DNA of 64,000 nucleotides, taken from Limnothrix sp. BL-A-16 (GTDB lineage Bacteria; Cyanobacteriota; Cyanobacteriia; CACIAM-69d). Location: the NCBI GenBank assembly GCA_041937175.2, contig CP166615.1:160001-224000 (forward strand). Direction: 5' to 3'. Made by a program: the position numbers and the translations under genes. The notes under the pieces were generated by a model, which saw only the letters and a list, made by a program, of their open reading frames with translations, was not told the origin of the DNA and searched no databases. This document shows, in pieces, positions 28,843-39,751 of this stretch (positions within the stretch are counted from its first letter, which is position 1; every line of letters starts with the position of its first letter).

Positions 28843-30315
28843 ATGAGGCGCGATCGATTCTTGCGGTTAATGCTGGGTGGTGTGGCCGGTGCTGGTTTGG
28901 TGGGTTGCGGTCAGGGATGGGGGCTGAATGCTCGCCAATCGCCATCCCAACAAGTCCCATCAACCCAATCCCCATCAACCCAATCCTCATCAATGACAGG
29001 GCTAACGCAGACTGACTCGTCCCGCCGGGTCTTGATTATTGGAGCGGGAATTGCCGGGTTGGCCGCTGCCCGTCAGTTGCGATCGCGCGGGTGGGATCCG
29101 GTGGTGCTGGAGGGGCGCGATCGGGTCGGGGGGCGTTTGTGGTCTTTGCGACCCTCGGCCCTGAAGGGGGTGGCGTTGGACTTGGGAGCCAGTTGGATCC
29201 ATGGCATCCAGGGCAACCCGATCGCCGTCTTGGCTCAGCAGTGGCAAATTCCCACCGTGGCCACGGATGTGGAAAATCAGTGGCTTTACGACTGGGATGG
29301 TCGGTTAGTTGATGATGCCCGGCACGATCGCCTAGAGCAGGTGTTAGGGCAGTTGTTGGCTCAACAGAACCGGTTGCGGGAAAAACGTTCCACCGATCGC
29401 CCACTGCTGGCGGACTTGCAAGCCTTGGTTCAGCGGGCTAACCTCACGGCCGACGATGAACGGGCGGTTTGGATGTTGCTGAAGGGGTCGATCGAGCATG
29501 AATATGCCGGCTCAATGGCGGAGCTATCGGCCAATGAGTGGGACGCGGGCGATGGCTTTGATGGAGCGGATGTATTGTTTCCCACCGGCTACGACTCGAT
29601 CGCCCGTCGTTTGGCCAGTGGGTTGACCTTGCAACTCAACCAGGTGGTGCGCCGAATTGAGCATGGTCAACAGGGAGTCAAAATCACCACCGATCGCGGT
29701 GAATGGGTTGGGATTGCGGCCGTGGTGACCTTGCCGATCGGGGTGTTGCAGTCGGGTCAAGTGACCTTTACCCCGGCCCTGCCCGAGACCCACCAAAGCG
29801 CCATCAACCGATTGGGAATGGGCATTCTAAACAAAATCTATTTAGAATTTCCTCGCTCCTTTTGGCCCTCAGAGCCAGATTGGATCGGGTTTGTTTCCGA
29901 TCCGCCGGGTCTGTGGAATGAGTGGGTGAATTTCCAGCGGGTCAGCGATCGCCCCATTTTGCTGGGGTTTAATGCGGCTCAACAGGGCCGAGAGCTGGAA
30001 GCCCTCAGCGATGGGCAACAGGCCGCCAGTGCCCTCAAAGCCCTGCGACGGATGTTTGGCTCCAAAATTCCTGACCCGACGGCGGTTTGGGTGACCCGTT
30101 GGGGGCGTGATCCCTTTGCGGGCGGCTCCTATTCCTTCCTGCGAGTGGGGGCCACCTTGAGCGATCGCGGTCAACTGACCAAACCCGTGGCCGATCGCCT
30201 GTTTTTTGCCGGAGAAGCCACCTCCCGCAATCACGCAGCCACGGTTCACGGAGCCTACCGATCGGGTCAACGGGCTGCGGATCAGATCATGGCAATTCAT
30301 GACGGTTCTGCCTAG
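28843..30315 (+). CDS. Flavin-containing amine oxidase (MAO/polyamine oxidase family), probable Tat lipoprotein
   Basis: MRRDRFL twin-Arg and LVGC lipobox; IGAGIAGL, EGRDRVGGR, DLGASWIHG and FFAGEAT...TVHGAYRSG. Confidence 0.88.
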   Translation: MRRDRFLRLMLGGVAGAGLVGCGQGWGLNARQSPSQQVPSTQSPSTQSSSMTGLTQTDSSRRVLIIGAGIAGLAAARQLRSRGWDPVVLEGRDRVGGRLWSLRPSALKGVALDLGASWIHGIQGNPIAVLAQQWQIPTVATDVENQWLYDWDGRLVDDARHDRLEQVLGQLLAQQNRLREKRSTDRPLLADLQALVQRANLTADDERAVWMLLKGSIEHEYAGSMAELSANEWDAGDGFDGADVLFPTGYDSIARRLASGLTLQLNQVVRRIEHGQQGVKITTDRGEWVGIAAVVTLPIGVLQSGQVTFTPALPETHQSAINRLGMGILNKIYLEFPRSFWPSEPDWIGFVSDPPGLWNEWVNFQRVSDRPILLGFNAAQQGRELEALSDGQQAASALKALRRMFGSKIPDPTAVWVTRWGRDPFAGGSYSFLRVGATLSDRGQLTKPVADRLFFAGEATSRNHAATVHGAYRSGQRAADQIMAIHDGSA

Positions 30316-30423
30316 GTTCCGCCTTGGCTGCAATATCTTCAAAATCAGAAAACATAAAACTCCAGCATTTCAAGATCCCAGAATTTCAGAATCACAAAAC
30401 TTGCACAATCAACCCTAACTGCC

Positions 30424-30786
30424 ATGGCTACTTCAGACAAAACTTGTTCGATCGCGCCCTACTTCCAAGTTTCCTCAGAAAACCTGACTGCTTTCAAATC
30501 TATCTGCGAACAGTTGGTGGCCAAGTCACAAACGGAAGAAAAGTGCCTTTATTACGGCTTTAGTTTCCATGAAAATATGGCCCACTGCCGTGAGGCCTAT
30601 GTGGATGGAGAAGGGTTGCTGGCCCACTTGGATAACGTTGGAGATCTGTTGACAGAGGCTCTCAAATTGGCAGAATTGGTCAAACTGGAAATTCACGGCC
30701 CTGAATCTGAGTTGGCTAAATTGCGAGAGCCTTTGGCTGGTTTTAATCCCGATTTCTTTGTGCTTGAGTATGGCTTTCGGAATTAA
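30424..30786 (+). CDS. Small hypothetical protein, ABM-like dimeric alpha/beta barrel
   Basis: 120 aa; CLYYGFSF...CREAYVDGEGLLAHLDNV pattern. Confidence 0.7.
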   Translation: MATSDKTCSIAPYFQVSSENLTAFKSICEQLVAKSQTEEKCLYYGFSFHENMAHCREAYVDGEGLLAHLDNVGDLLTEALKLAELVKLEIHGPESELAKLREPLAGFNPDFFVLEYGFRN

Positions 30787-30870
30787 GGGAAGGCCAAATC
30801 CATTAAAATTCGGTGTCAAGAAAATCTGGTGTCAAGAAAATCTAGTGTCAATAATTCTGGTGTGAATCAA

Positions 30871-31257
30871 ATGGAACGCTGGTTTTTAGGGGGGGCTGGA
30901 TTTTTAGGAGCACTGGCGGTGGCGGCTGGGGCCTTCGGCAGCCATGTGTTAGCGGAAAAACTGAGCGATCGCGCCTTGGCGATTTTTGAAACGGCTGCTC
31001 GCTATCAACTCATCCATGCGCTGCTGTTGGGGTTGGTGGCGGTGGCCATGGGCACGATGCCCAAACCTGTGGCCCCGAGCCTCCCGATCGCGGGGGTGGC
31101 GGCCCTGTTGGGGATGGTGCTGTTCAGTGGCAGCCTTTACGCCCTCAGTTTCGGCGCGCCCAAAATTTTGGGTGTCATTACCCCGATCGGGGGCGTGGGT
31201 CTCATTGTCAGTTGGCTAGCGTTCGGTCTAGCGGCCTTTCAAGGCGCAAAACCGTAG
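30871..31257 (+). CDS. DUF423 (YgdD/TMEM256) membrane protein
   Basis: GAFGSH, YQLIHA, LFSGSLY and ITPIGG motifs. Confidence 0.9.
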   Translation: MERWFLGGAGFLGALAVAAGAFGSHVLAEKLSDRALAIFETAARYQLIHALLLGLVAVAMGTMPKPVAPSLPIAGVAALLGMVLFSGSLYALSFGAPKILGVITPIGGVGLIVSWLAFGLAAFQGAKP

Positions 31258-31534
31258 CCACAAGTAGGGAAATTTCGCCCCGATCGCCCGATTGTCCTTG
31301 CCCGATCGCCCGCCAATCGCGATAGAATGTAGAGGCATTCAACGATGGCTATCTACTCCCATAGCAGCCAGCTCAAGAGCGCCTAAGAATCAATTAATTG
31401 GGAATGCACTGATTAATCTATTGATTCCTGAAAGCTCAACTTAGTCTGCTGTTGCCTTACTGGAATGGCTACTGCCAAACCTGGCTCGGGGCGATCGCAA
31501 CCCTAAGAACGCTGGAAAACACTGCTAACACCAC

Positions 31535-31930
31535 GGGGCTGTCACGGTTTCGACGTGCTGGGAACAGGTACTGAGTGATGCAGGCCGAGAGCGGGCTAAC
31601 TCTCGTAAATCAATGGCTCAAAAAAGTAGATGCGAACAACATCGTTCCTTTCGCTCGCAAGACTGTGGCTGTTGCCTAAGTTTTGTAACACCTCTAACTA
31701 GACGGTTGAGCACTCGCTGTCCGACTCCGTTAAGGTCATCGAGTTTAACCCCAACGGATGCGCTGTCCGGTCTTCTTCGGTTGGCCTGCTAGCAAAGACT
31801 TTAATCGAGGCATCCTACCGCTAGGGATTAAGTAGCGGTTCCCGTCTCAAGGGTCAGCGAGACTAAGCCTGTGAATGAACAAGGTATAACTACTTGGTGC
31901 GGACGATGGGTTCGACTCCCTCCAGCTCCA
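31535..31930 (+). ncRNA. ssrA: Transfer-messenger RNA (tmRNA)
   Basis: 5' GGGGCTG...GGTTTCGAC; tag ORF 31632-31679 encodes ANNIVPFARKTVAVA-stop; 3' GGGTTCGACTCCC T-arm and CAGCTCCA acceptor end; CCA not encoded. Confidence 0.95.
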
Positions 31931-32004
31931 CTCCGTTGCGGTTAATCACTGATTGCTAACCAAAAGCTAGTTATCTGATTAGCAAGCCAACGAACTAACT
32001 AACT

Positions 32005-32050
32005 CAAAACCCGATCTGGCATTGCGCTAAGTCGGGTTTTGCTTTTGTTT
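32005..32050 (+). terminator. Rho-independent terminator after ssrA
   Basis: CAAAACCCGA...TCGGGTTTTG hairpin followed by CTTTTGTTT. Confidence 0.7.
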
Positions 32051-32083
32051 GCCCCAATCGTTTAGGTCGATGCTCTGAGCCTA

Positions 32084-32223
32084 GGGGGTGTCGTCATTAT
32101 TTTTCGAGGTAATGCTGAAACGGTTGATCTTCCGTACCCTAATCGTCTTAACAAGGGGCTTAAGCCCTTTGTCCCCCACGATCCCGGCAGATCTAGGGTT
32201 GCGGGCTAAACGATGACAGACCC
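32084..32223 (-). mobile_element. MITE family B (140 bp, diverged)
   Basis: TA-GGGGGTGTCGTCA...TGACAGACCC-TA; central ACAAGGGGCTTAAGCCCTTTGT at 32151; reverse-complement similarity to 54861-55002. Confidence 0.7.
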
Positions 32224-33275
32224 TAGTTGTCGTCGCCATCATGACCGCCATCGCTGGGGCTGTCACTATCAATGACCATATCGCCCCAATCGTCATCATC
32301 GGCGGCTTGGTCTGGTGTGTCGGGATTGCTGGTCGCTTCGGTGGGTGTTGGTTCGGTGGAGTCTGGTTCGATCGCCTCAGGCTCAGTAGACTCGATCGCC
32401 TCAGACTCATTAGAGGCGCTTGCGATCGATTCAGGCTCCGTAGACTCGATCGCCTCAGGAGACTCACTCTCCTCAACAGCCGCCGAATCCGTCACTAATT
32501 CAGGGATACCCAGTGGCTCAGCCGTATTCACTGACGCGGTGGCATCCAGTGGCTCGGGATCCCTAGGAATCGGGAGATGATTTGGGTCGATCGCGGCGGC
32601 CTCTTCCTGAGGTGCATTGGTGGTTTCTGGGGGGGCCGGGGGTGTTGCTGACTCTGGCTCAGGAACCTTGGCGGGCGCGGCCACTGGGGCATTTTCCAAA
32701 TCCGGTAAGACTTTGGTGAGCCGGACACTGAGGCGCAGGAAACTGCTGGGAACGTTGCCAACGGGAAATGGCTCGATTTCGCTGAAGGCGGTCGGCGGGG
32801 TGAGCAACACCCAAAGGGACACAAGGGCAACGGTGAGCAGCAGGCTGCCCAAAAGCGCTCCCAACCACACCACCAACAGCCCGATCGCCCGTTGATCCAG
32901 AGGGGCAATTTCCGCCGCCAAGGGGGAGAGTTGATCGAGCCGTTGCAAAGCCCAAAGCACCAAAAGGGACGCAACCAGCGCGATCGCCTTGGTTTCCCAG
33001 CCGGCCCAGCGTTGCAAAATTCGTTGCTGCGTTTCGTTGAGGCGATCGGCCCGCAGACTCACCAGCAAAACCGAAAAGGGATAAAACGGGCGCAACCACT
33101 GCATGGCCACAATCGGAGCAGTTCCCAACAGCCCCACCAACAGCCAGTCCCAGCCACCCGGCAGCAACGGATCCCCCGCCGCCAACCCCAGCAAACACAA
33201 CTCCGCACAGAGGGGCAGCGCTGCCAACCCCGCCAAATGCACCCAAAGATACGGATCGCGTTTTGGCCCCTGCAC
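32223..33275 (-). CDS. Cyanobacterial low-complexity-tail membrane protein
   Basis: DPYLWVHLAGLAALP N-terminus, about 4 TM segments, and a long acidic/Pro-rich tail with EAIESTEPE repeats. Confidence 0.8.
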   Translation of the reverse strand: MQGPKRDPYLWVHLAGLAALPLCAELCLLGLAAGDPLLPGGWDWLLVGLLGTAPIVAMQWLRPFYPFSVLLVSLRADRLNETQQRILQRWAGWETKAIALVASLLVLWALQRLDQLSPLAAEIAPLDQRAIGLLVVWLGALLGSLLLTVALVSLWVLLTPPTAFSEIEPFPVGNVPSSFLRLSVRLTKVLPDLENAPVAAPAKVPEPESATPPAPPETTNAPQEEAAAIDPNHLPIPRDPEPLDATASVNTAEPLGIPELVTDSAAVEESESPEAIESTEPESIASASNESEAIESTEPEAIEPDSTEPTPTEATSNPDTPDQAADDDDWGDMVIDSDSPSDGGHDGDDN

Positions 33276-33411
33276 GATCGACCTCCTTCCCTCTCTGTCT
33301 GGTTCGTTCTGTGTGTTCGTTGCTCAGCCGGTTTAATCCAGGCCGGTTCAATCAAGGCTAGTCCAAACAAAATTGATTGGGCTATGGCCTGTTGAGTCGC
33401 GGCTTGTGCGA

Positions 33412-34239
33412 TCAAAGCTCATTTCTTGACAACCCGATCGGCCCTGCTTCTTGGGCCAAGTCGGCATCCGATGGCTGGGCAGGCTTCGTAACCAGCATAG
33501 ACGCTTTCTGCTCGGTCTCCCGGTCGGCAAAAAAGCGTGCTGACATGCGCTGGTAATGATCGCAGAGGTTGGTTTTTTGGCGGGCAAAGTCCACGATCGG
33601 GCTGGCATAGGGTGGCTCAATGAAATTCCCGATGTGACCGTAGGCGGTGGCATCCAGCGTAGTTGGGCGATCGCCCATGAAAAAGGGCTTATCCGCCAGA
33701 AAATCCGAAAGGGCCTGCAAATCCGCCGTAATGAGTTGATATAAATCCGCGTCACTCAGTCGGCCCAGTCCCTGTTGCGTCATCTGTTGCAGAATACTTT
33801 GGCGAAATTTTTCCGCAAAGGCCACACTCTGGGACTTGTTCCAGTGACTGGGAACCAAGCTCAAGACTAAGTTTTGATAGTCTTGCCAGTTTTCTTGATC
33901 GCGGTAGCGAATCGCAATCCCACCCCAGTAGAGATGTTCCTTAATCAGGCGACGAAAAGCCAGGGCGATCGCACGTTCGGCCTGGCTCAACTCGGCCTCT
34001 AAATCAATACCTTGGGTTTGGCGAAAGCGCTCAATAATTAACGTCGTATCGCCCCATTGTTGTCCTGCTTCTTCAATAAAAGGAATTTTGCCATAGGGGG
34101 CCCGAGCCAGATCTTGGACAGTGGCTAAGGCCTTTTGGTAGGGCAACTCGGCGATGCGCAACCAAGTTTCCAATTCCATGCAAGCTGGACTGACGCTAGC
34201 CAGCCCCCAACGGGACGGAGCAGTGTAGAGCGTAATCAT
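33412..34239 (-). CDS. Glutathione S-transferase-like protein (metaxin/FAX type)
   Basis: SPACMELETWLR, APYGKIPFI and LSDFLADKPFFMGDRPTTLDATAYG. Confidence 0.85.
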   Translation of the reverse strand: MITLYTAPSRWGLASVSPACMELETWLRIAELPYQKALATVQDLARAPYGKIPFIEEAGQQWGDTTLIIERFRQTQGIDLEAELSQAERAIALAFRRLIKEHLYWGGIAIRYRDQENWQDYQNLVLSLVPSHWNKSQSVAFAEKFRQSILQQMTQQGLGRLSDADLYQLITADLQALSDFLADKPFFMGDRPTTLDATAYGHIGNFIEPPYASPIVDFARQKTNLCDHYQRMSARFFADRETEQKASMLVTKPAQPSDADLAQEAGPIGLSRNEL

Positions 34240-34380
34240 TCAAAGCAATCAAAAACAGCAAAAATAATCAGCAGGCTCAGAATGGCTCAATGACGATCCA
34301 GAGCCATCTTGGGTTTCGGTTTCCCCGCCGCACTCCGTCAGTTTTAACAGACCAGAGGCAATCGGGCTGTGATGCTAGAC

Positions 34381-34430
34381 AAAAGAATCAGCCCCGATTA
34401 GCACATGGTTGGTGACTAGTCGGGGCTGAT
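34381..34430 (-). terminator. Terminator after infB
   Basis: ATCAGCCCCGATTAG...CTAGTCGGGGCTGAT hairpin with a U-rich tail on the minus strand. Confidence 0.65.
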
Positions 34431-34544
34431 GAAAACCCAGATTAAGGGTGATGGGCGATCGAATCGGGATTGATCGGGCTGTGAACGCGATCGCCCTCCA
34501 CGAAGCAATCGGTTGATGAGCTGATTAGGCTTCCGCAAAAAAAC

Positions 34545-37500
34545 CTACAGGGACAAGGTGCGACGCTTGGCCACCAGGCGGTAAGCCTCGATGATGTCGC
34601 CCATTTGCCAGTCGTTGAAGCCCGAGGAGTTCACACCGCACTCGTAGCCGCTGTTCACTTCCTTGGTATCTTCCTTGAACCGCTTCAGCGAATCCATGCG
34701 ACCTTGGAACACCAGTTCCTTGCCTCGGCGCACCCGCAGCAGACAATCGCGAATCAGCTTGCCCGACTGCACATAGCAACCGGCCACCGTGCCGCGACCC
34801 ACCGGGAACACACCCCGAACTTCCGCTTGACCCAGGGGTTCTTCCACCTCCTCCGGATCGAGCATCCCTTCCATGGCGGCTTGGATGTCGTCCAGCAGTT
34901 TGTAGATCACGCTGTATTCGCGGACATCAATGCCCGCTTCGTCGGCGGAGCGACGAGCACCGGGCGCGAGGGTAGTGTTGAAGCCCACAACCACGGCGCT
35001 ACTGGCGGCAGCCAAGTCAATATCCGTTTCGGAGATTTCGCCCGGCGCAGCCAACAACACACGCACTTGCACTTCGTTTTGGGGCAGTTGTTGCAAAGAT
35101 CCCAGAATGGCTTCCAGGGAGCCTTGCACATCGGCCTTGAGCACGAGGTTTAGTTCCTTCAGCTCGCCCTCTTGGGCCTGGCCAGAGATGCTGGTGAGGC
35201 TGACGCGACGGGAAGCCATGGCCTGTTGCAGACGGCTTTGGCGCTGTTGGTCGCTGCGCTGAGAGGCGATCGCCCGGGCATCCTTTTCGTTGGAGAAGAC
35301 TTCAAATTCTTCCCCAGCGGCCGGGACTTCGCTCAGACCTAACACCTCAACGGCGAAGGAAGGGGTGGCGGCATCAACGCGATGACCGCGATCGTCAATC
35401 ATCGCCCGCACCTTACCCAGGGCTGGGCCGGCGAGGAGGATGTCACCAACTCGCAGGGTTCCGTTTTGTACCAGCAGGGTGGCCACCGGACCACGGGCCC
35501 GATCGAGGTGGGCTTCAATGACCGTCCCGCGCGCCAGGCGATCGGGATTAGCCATCAAGTCTTCCACTTCTGCCACCAACAGCAGGTTCTCCAGCAGGTC
35601 ATCCAAGTAGAGACCCTTGAGGGCGCTCACGGGAACCATAATCGTGTCCCCGCCCCACTCTTCTGCCACCAGACCGCGCTCGGCCAGTTCCTGCTTCACC
35701 CGATCGGGATTTGCACCTTCCTTGTCAATCTTGTTAATGGCCACCACGATCGGCACTTCCGCCGCGCGGGCATGGCTGAGCGCCTCGATCGTTTGGGGTT
35801 GCACCCCGTCATCGGCCGCCACCACCAAAATGGCAATGTCCGTGACCCGCGCCCCCCGAGCACGCATGGCCGTAAAGGCTTCGTGACCCGGCGTATCCAA
35901 GAAGACCACCTTCTTGCTGCCGCCCTCTTGGTCTACCTCCACGTGGTAAGCCCCAATGTGCTGGGTGATGCCACCGGCTTCCCCTTGGGCCACCTTGGTT
36001 TTGCGGATCGAGTCGAGCAGGGTGGTTTTCCCGTGGTCTACGTGACCCATGATGGTAACAACCGGCGGACGGCGCTGGAGGCTTTCCAGGTCGGCCACAT
36101 CGAGCATTTCGGTCACCTTGCGGGCTTCCGATTCCTTCTCGGCGGTTTCCACCATCACCCCCAACTCCTCGGCCACCATGGTGGCCGTCGGCACATCGAG
36201 GGTTTGGGTAATGCTGACGGCCATCCCTTTCAGGAATAGGCGCTTCACCACTTCCGTTTCTGGAACGGCCAGTTTTTCGGCCAACTCGGCCACCGTCAGC
36301 CCTTCCGTGAGGGTAATCAGCTCCGGTCGTTCCTTCTTGACCTGTTGTTCCCGACGCTCCCGTTGAGGCGGGCGTGAGGCCCCTTTCTTGGTAACCGGTT
36401 TGGGTTGCGGAGCTGGCTTCGGCGGGGTAACACCCTTGGGCTTCGGCGGCCGGGCGATCGAGAGGCTGACTTGGAAGGGAGCCGGCTGACCGTCCACCCC
36501 TTCCATCATCAGTTCATCATCTTCCTCGAAGTCGTCTTCGTCTTCAAATTCCACCTGATTACGGCGCTTGTTCTTGCCAGCCTTGTCCTTGGCAATTCTG
36601 GCCCGCTCTTCCTCTTCCGCTTCCCAATCTTTGCCCTTCTTGGTGGGGCGATTCAGGGTCGGTCGATTCAGCTTGTTTTCATAATCTTCGCCGCTGCTGG
36701 CCGGACGTGTGGGTTTTTCCAGCAGTTTCGCCGCAGGGGCTGCGGCCGTGCCGTCAGCGCTACCGTCGGCTGTGGCTTCGGTGGGGCGCACGGGTTTCGG
36801 CCGGCGCAATTCCACAATTGTCGGTGGGCCCCCTTTGCCAGGCCCACCTGCCACGGGGCCTTGCCTCGCCGGGGCGGGTGGGACGGGATGGGCGGCTGGG
36901 CGCACCCGCGCGGGGTTCAGCGGGTTTACTTTCGGCGGGCTTTGCCGGCCGCGATGGCGGCCCCACCAGCTCGGGCTTCTTGACCGGGCGTGGCGTGGCG
37001 GCACTGCCGGGCCGGGGCGGGGTTTTCAGATCGGCTTTCTTTTCGGCAATGGGTTCCGGTGTTGCCGAGGCGACGGGATGATCGCCCGAGGCGGCGGGAT
37101 GATCGCCCGAGGCGGCGGGGCGGCGGGGGGCACTGGGTTCAGCCGGGGCTAGGTCAACCGAGGCCTCAGGGGGCGCTGCGGGCGGAGCGGACGGCTGGGC
37201 GGGTGCATTCACAGGAGCAACGGTTTCGAGCTTGGCCGCCTCAGGTTTGGCTGCTTCGGGGCGAGCGGGTTCGGCCCGCTTGGGCGAAACGAGTTTCGGG
37301 GGTGCAGGACGGCTGACGGGGGGCGTGGCTTCGGGGGCTGCTCCTTCGGTGTTGGGGCGTAGCTTTGGTTTGCGAATCTCGAGAATTTGCTGCTTTTTTT
37401 GCATAGCCGGTGCTGAATCGCGCCCTTCTGTGGGCGTATCGGAGGGGGACAAATCAGGAGGGTTGGAGGAGGCTGGATTCACCGAGGGTGCAGAGGATTG

Positions 37501-37698
37501 GCCAGGACTGGAGGGCGCAGGACGATTCGCAAACTGTTGACGAGCGGCTGCGCGGATTTGAGCGGCTTCAGATTCGGTGATGGTGCTGCTGTGGCTTTTG
37601 AAGGGAATGTTTAGTTGCTCGCAGATCACCAAGATCTCGCGATTTTCCAGATGTAGTTCTCTCGCTAAATCGTAAATTCTCACGCGGCCTGTGCTCAT
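34545..37698 (-). CDS. infB: Translation initiation factor IF-2 (split by an apparent frameshift near 36850-36900)
   Basis: IF2 N-terminal domain [16 protein letters not shown]... in ORF 36760-37698; G domain ([18 protein letters not shown]) and C-terminus in ORF 34545-37004, in a different frame. Confidence 0.9.
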
Positions 37699-37807
37699 CC
37701 AGTTTCCTCGAATCCTATTGCGTCACGACATCATAGCCCACCGTCATTTGAAACATTTCGATCGAGCCGTCTAGTCCCCTCCTATTATGACGTGCGATGG
37801 GGGCGGT

Positions 37808-38101
37808 TCACTCTGGTGGGGTTGGATTTCCCGGAGAGTCCGGATCGGGAACCAGGGGGGTTAACCGTTGCCAAAGCAGGTCATAAAGGTGGTTGGGGAC
37901 AGGAGCCTTGAGCGATCGCCCGATTCGATCCTTGCGCTGGGCTGCTCGTAGGCAGTCCGCACAGGGGCAAAGATAGGCCGATCGCCCCATGCCTTGGTCG
38001 AGTTGCACCGAGCCGGAGTCGGCCACCCGCACGATGCGCCAAAATTCCGATCGATGGGCCACCCGACGACAAATCAAACAACGGCGATAATTGGGCGGCA
38101 A
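37808..38101 (-). CDS. ylxR: YlxR/RnpM family RNA-binding protein
   Basis: RRCLICR...GRSAYLC motif; located between nusA and infB; start codon uncertain. Confidence 0.85.
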   Translation of the reverse strand: MPPNYRRCLICRRVAHRSEFWRIVRVADSGSVQLDQGMGRSAYLCPCADCLRAAQRKDRIGRSLKAPVPNHLYDLLWQRLTPLVPDPDSPGNPTPPE

Positions 38102-38105
38102 GGGA

Positions 38106-39635
38106 TCAATTGGCCTCCTGATCCAGCGCCTCGCGATCCGGATCGTCACCGTCGAAGTCTTCGTCTGCGGAGTCGTTCTCGGCTAGATCATCAGGGTCTG
38201 AATCATCGCTGTCTTGATCATCTTCCTCTTGATCATCCTCGTCAGCGTCCGCCGCCGAGTCTAGGGGAGCCTGCTCTTGATCGTCCTCAAGATCATCGCC
38301 ATCAAACTCATCGTCTGTTGCATCGTTTGCGGCTGCCGATGGGTCAATCTCTCCATGGCTGAACTCAGCGTCCTCGTCTGCAAAGTCGTCGCTTTCCGGT
38401 TCCTCGTCTGCAAAGTCGTCGGCTGCTTCGGCCGCTGCCAGGGCGAGGGCTGCCTCCCGTTCCGCCAGATAGCTGGCCATCTTGGCATCTTCTTCGTCGC
38501 GATCGTACTTAGCCACATCGCGAATATCGATTTTCCAGCCCGTGAGTCGAGCGGCCAGGCGCACGTTTTGCCCTTCTTTCCCGATCGCCAAACTGAGCTG
38601 ATCATCACCCACCAGCACATGGGCTTGGCGTTCCTCCGGATTCATCAGACGCACTTCCACCACCCGGGCCGGGCTGAGGGCATTGGCAATGTAGGTGGCC
38701 GGATCCGGTGACCACCGAATTACATCGATTTTTTCGCCCCGCAGTTCGTTCACAACCACCTGAATTCGCGACCCCCGGGCCCCAATGCAAGCCCCCACGG
38801 GATCCACATCTCGCTCCACCGTGTCCACAGCAATCTTGGTGCGCGGGCCCACATGGCGCGAGGGCGGGTTGGCTTCCCGAGCCACGGCCACAATTCGCAC
38901 AATGTCATCTTCAATTTCCGGCACTTCGTTGGCGAACAGATAAACCACCAACCCCGCATCGGCCCGGGAAACCAAGAGTTGCGGCCCCCGCTGGGATCCT
39001 TCGCAAACTTTCTTGAGGTAGACCTTGATGGTTCCGTTGGCGCGGTAGGTGTCGTTGGGCAACTGTTCTCGTTTGGGCAGCTCCGCTTCCACTTCCGGTT
39101 GGCCATAGCCGCTGGTGACGGCCACAATCACCGATTGGCGCTCGAACCGCAGGATTCGCCCTTGGAGCACCGTGCTTTCTAGCTCTTGGAATTCCTCTTG
39201 GATCAGCTTGCGCTGTTGGTCGCGTAGCTTTTGGGCCAACACTTGCTTGGTTTGGATGGCGGCCATGCGCCCAAAGTCATCCCGATCGGGAGTGACATCC
39301 AAAATCACCGTGTCGCCCAGTTGCGCTTCGGCGGCCACTTCTTGCACATCGCTGAGGGCGATTTCGTGGTCTGGGTCGGCCACTTCTTCCACAATGCTCT
39401 TGGTGGCCAAAACCCGGAAGCCCTCTTCTTCCGTGTCCAGTTCCACATCGAAGTTATCGAAGTAGGTTTCGTCAAAAATATTGCGCACATCCAAGCTTTG
39501 GGTGCGGCGATAACGCTCATAGCCCTTGAGCAGGGCTTCACGCAGGGCGGCTTCAACGGCGGTTTTCGGCAAGTTGCGTTCGCGGCTGATGCCGTCGATC
39601 ATTTCTTGCAGGCCGGTTAGGCGAACCATGGACAT
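38106..39635 (-). CDS. nusA: Transcription termination factor NusA
   Basis: FGRMAAIQTKQ, DPVGACIGARGSRI and LAIGKEGQNVRLAA; long acidic tail; start taken at MSMV. Confidence 0.95.
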   Translation of the reverse strand: MSMVRLTGLQEMIDGISRERNLPKTAVEAALREALLKGYERYRRTQSLDVRNIFDETYFDNFDVELDTEEEGFRVLATKSIVEEVADPDHEIALSDVQEVAAEAQLGDTVILDVTPDRDDFGRMAAIQTKQVLAQKLRDQQRKLIQEEFQELESTVLQGRILRFERQSVIVAVTSGYGQPEVEAELPKREQLPNDTYRANGTIKVYLKKVCEGSQRGPQLLVSRADAGLVVYLFANEVPEIEDDIVRIVAVAREANPPSRHVGPRTKIAVDTVERDVDPVGACIGARGSRIQVVVNELRGEKIDVIRWSPDPATYIANALSPARVVEVRLMNPEERQAHVLVGDDQLSLAIGKEGQNVRLAARLTGWKIDIRDVAKYDRDEEDAKMASYLAEREAALALAAAEAADDFADEEPESDDFADEDAEFSHGEIDPSAAANDATDDEFDGDDLEDDQEQAPLDSAADADEDDQEEDDQDSDDSDPDDLAENDSADEDFDGDDPDREALDQEAN

Positions 39636-39751
39636 GGGTGTGGGGTTCCTAAAAATTCGTAAAGGTGAATGGGGAGTGGTGAAGCATTCGGCGCGATCGC
39701 GGGTGTGGGGATGGGCAAGGGGGCGATCGCGCAGGGTGGCCGGCCGCTGAG

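Noticed and set aside
31930..32230. Genomic island integrated at the ssrA 3' end
   Set aside because: No integrase and no duplicated tmRNA 3' end in the window; only a terminator and a MITE follow
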